Part shown: piece by piece, positions 62,773 to 64,000 of the stretch
How positions within the stretch are numbered: position 1 is the stretch's first letter
How the letters are laid out: the number at the start of each line of letters is the position of its first letter
Source: a virus
Taxonomy: Duplodnaviria > Caudoviricetes
Strand: one strand, 5' to 3'
Virus record (IMG/VR): IMGVR_UViG_3300021375_000006
DNA: 64,000 bases
The notes under the pieces: generated by a model
The model's input: only the letters and a program-made list of their open reading frames with translations
Databases searched by the model: none
What the model was told of the DNA's origin: nothing
Position numbers and translations under genes: made by a program

Positions 62773-63432
62773 TTATTCTTCTGTTGGTTCAACGTCTTCA
62801 ATATCCTCTTCTTCAGCAGCTCCGTGTATACCTGCTTGAATTGCAGCCATTAAATCTTTTGTACCTCTTTGGATATTTTTATTACCAGTATCTCCGCCAG
62901 CACCTTTGATTTCAGATTGATTTGCTCTTTGCTGATATATCTCAATATCTCTAGCAATTCTTTTTGTACCCTCTTCTGCTGCCATTAAATACATGGTCTG
63001 AGATTTAATAATATCTAACATTGACTTTTGTAGAGTTGCTAACACCTCGAACATTCTTGGTGCTAATTCGCCAGAGTCAATTGTTTCTAATAGAGTGGTT
63101 AAGGCTTTTTCACCGGCTTGTAGCTGATATATCAAAGATGACATAGTCATCTCATCCATTTGCTTTTTAGCTTTAATATACTCATCTTTTTCAATAATAT
63201 CTGCATCCAGATAGAATTTCATTAAAGAAGTTATAGTTTTTTGTGCCTTCTTTGTTGCACCAGCTTTTAACTCAGTATAATTAACCAGTGGCGCCATGGC
63301 CGTTGGTTTAGCCTGAATAGGCAAATCCTTAGGATCGTTATCAACATCAAGAGGAGAGTCTCCAATTAATGCATCTAATTCCTGCCTAATATCATCTGCT
63401 TGTTCTGCTATTGTTTTTTTCTTTTCACTCAT
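62773..63432 (-). CDS. Terminase small subunit-like (T4 gp16-like)
   Basis: PRMFEVLATLQKSM resembles gp16 PRAYEV; immediately upstream of TerL. Confidence 0.7.
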   Translation of the reverse strand: MSEKKKTIAEQADDIRQELDALIGDSPLDVDNDPKDLPIQAKPTAMAPLVNYTELKAGATKKAQKTITSLMKFYLDADIIEKDEYIKAKKQMDEMTMSSLIYQLQAGEKALTTLLETIDSGELAPRMFEVLATLQKSMLDIIKSQTMYLMAAEEGTKRIARDIEIYQQRANQSEIKGAGGDTGNKNIQRGTKDLMAAIQAGIHGAAEEEDIEDVEPTEE

Positions 63433-63492
63433 AATATAATATTATATTCTATATATCTAGAAAATTTTATAGCAAAATTTAATGATAAAAAA

Positions 63493-63657
63493 TTAACCAA
63501 GTGGTTCAATGCCGTTAGGTGGCGTAAGGTGGTGTTTAGACTCTGGTTTCCAGTCTTTTAAATAATATTCTCTTAACTTCTTTCCTAGTTCGGAATCGTT
63601 TGGCGTGTCTTCTACAAGTTTCATAACTTGTTTAAATCTATAATATGTGCCGTCCAT
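63493..63657 (-). CDS. Small hypothetical protein (54 aa)
   Basis: MDGTYYRFKQVMKLVEDTPNDSELGKKLREYY... Confidence 0.55.
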   Translation of the reverse strand: MDGTYYRFKQVMKLVEDTPNDSELGKKLREYYLKDWKPESKHHLTPPNGIEPLG

Positions 63658-63663
63658 AATTTA

Positions 63664-64000
63664 TTATCGGTTTTGGTTATACTTCCTTAATTGAATAGAA
63701 GGAACTGCATTGTCAATAATCTCTGCTAGGTGACTATCTCTTACAATATATTGCTGTAACATATTTGTATGCTGATCCTTTCCTATTGTTTGGTTAAATA
63801 ATCTAATATTCGTAACGGCTAAATTACCAGGCATTAGCGAATATTGTTTTTGAGTTACCCATCCTTGCGCAGCTGTGATTTCAAAATTGTGATCCATCAC
63901 GTTTTCTAATGTATCTGAAACTGGCATAGATGTTAATTTATTACTATTTGGATTTAGCTTGTATACATTAGCTGAAGTATTTAAGTACTTATTATTTAGA
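63664..64000 (-). CDS. C-terminal fragment of a larger protein entering from the right edge
   Basis: Frame stays open to the window edge upstream of the track ATG at 63927. Confidence 0.65.
   Translation of the reverse strand, partial: LNNKYLNTSANVYKLNPNSNKLTSMPVSDTLENVMDHNFEITAAQGWVTQKQYSLMPGNLAVTNIRLFNQTIGKDQHTNMLQQYIVRDSHLAEIIDNAVPSIQLRKYNQNR

Noticed and set aside
331-63000. Most plus-strand ORFs in the track (e.g. 331..627, 21924..22391, 43603..44067, 50726..51409, 53862..54731) and nested minus-strand alternates
   Set aside because: They are antisense or off-frame shadows of well-supported genes or tRNAs, with no motifs
1-64000. CRISPR array, DGR/retron or integrase/transposase
   Set aside because: No regularly spaced repeats, no reverse-transcriptase motif and no recombinase recognised. 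The 14774 nuclease is a solo Cas4-like phage exonuclease with no cas context.
1-64000. Stop-codon reassignment as in some huge phages
   Set aside because: Long conserved genes translate intact in the standard code, coding density is high, and no suppressor tRNA was found

Overview
AT-rich 64-kb segment of a large T4-like myophage (jumbo/huge-phage type). Nearly all genes are on the minus strand. The right end holds a morphogenesis block: small and large terminase, tail sheath, tail tube, gp26/gp51-like baseplate hub proteins and tape measure. The host is very likely Bacteroidota (Flavobacteria-like), judging from T9SS C-terminal sorting domains, an Hc1-type histone-like protein, Bacteroidota-style lipoproteins and a repeated TAnnTTTG-like promoter. 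The accessory region carries five notable items. (1) An ADP-heptose pathway (HldE-like kinase, nucleotidyltransferase-HAD fusion, HldD) with three GT9/TibC-type heptosyltransferases. (2) An 8.5-kb module of exported proteins: CsgG-like and beta-barrel-like proteins, cohesin, dockerin-like and PA14 domains, and T9SS type A and B signals. (3) Nine canonical tRNAs lacking CCA, two aberrant tRNA-like RNAs, several small inter-tRNA structured RNAs and a ~400-nt highly structured ncRNA preceded by a boxA-like site. (4) A DUF2589 pair with a zinc-ribbon protein. (5) Unusual enzymes and regulators: a NEIL1-type glycosylase, MgsA, IMPDH/GMP reductase, an ECF-like sigma factor, a PspC domain and a canonical C2H2 zinc finger. 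All family calls come from motif recognition by eye; no database searches were run.
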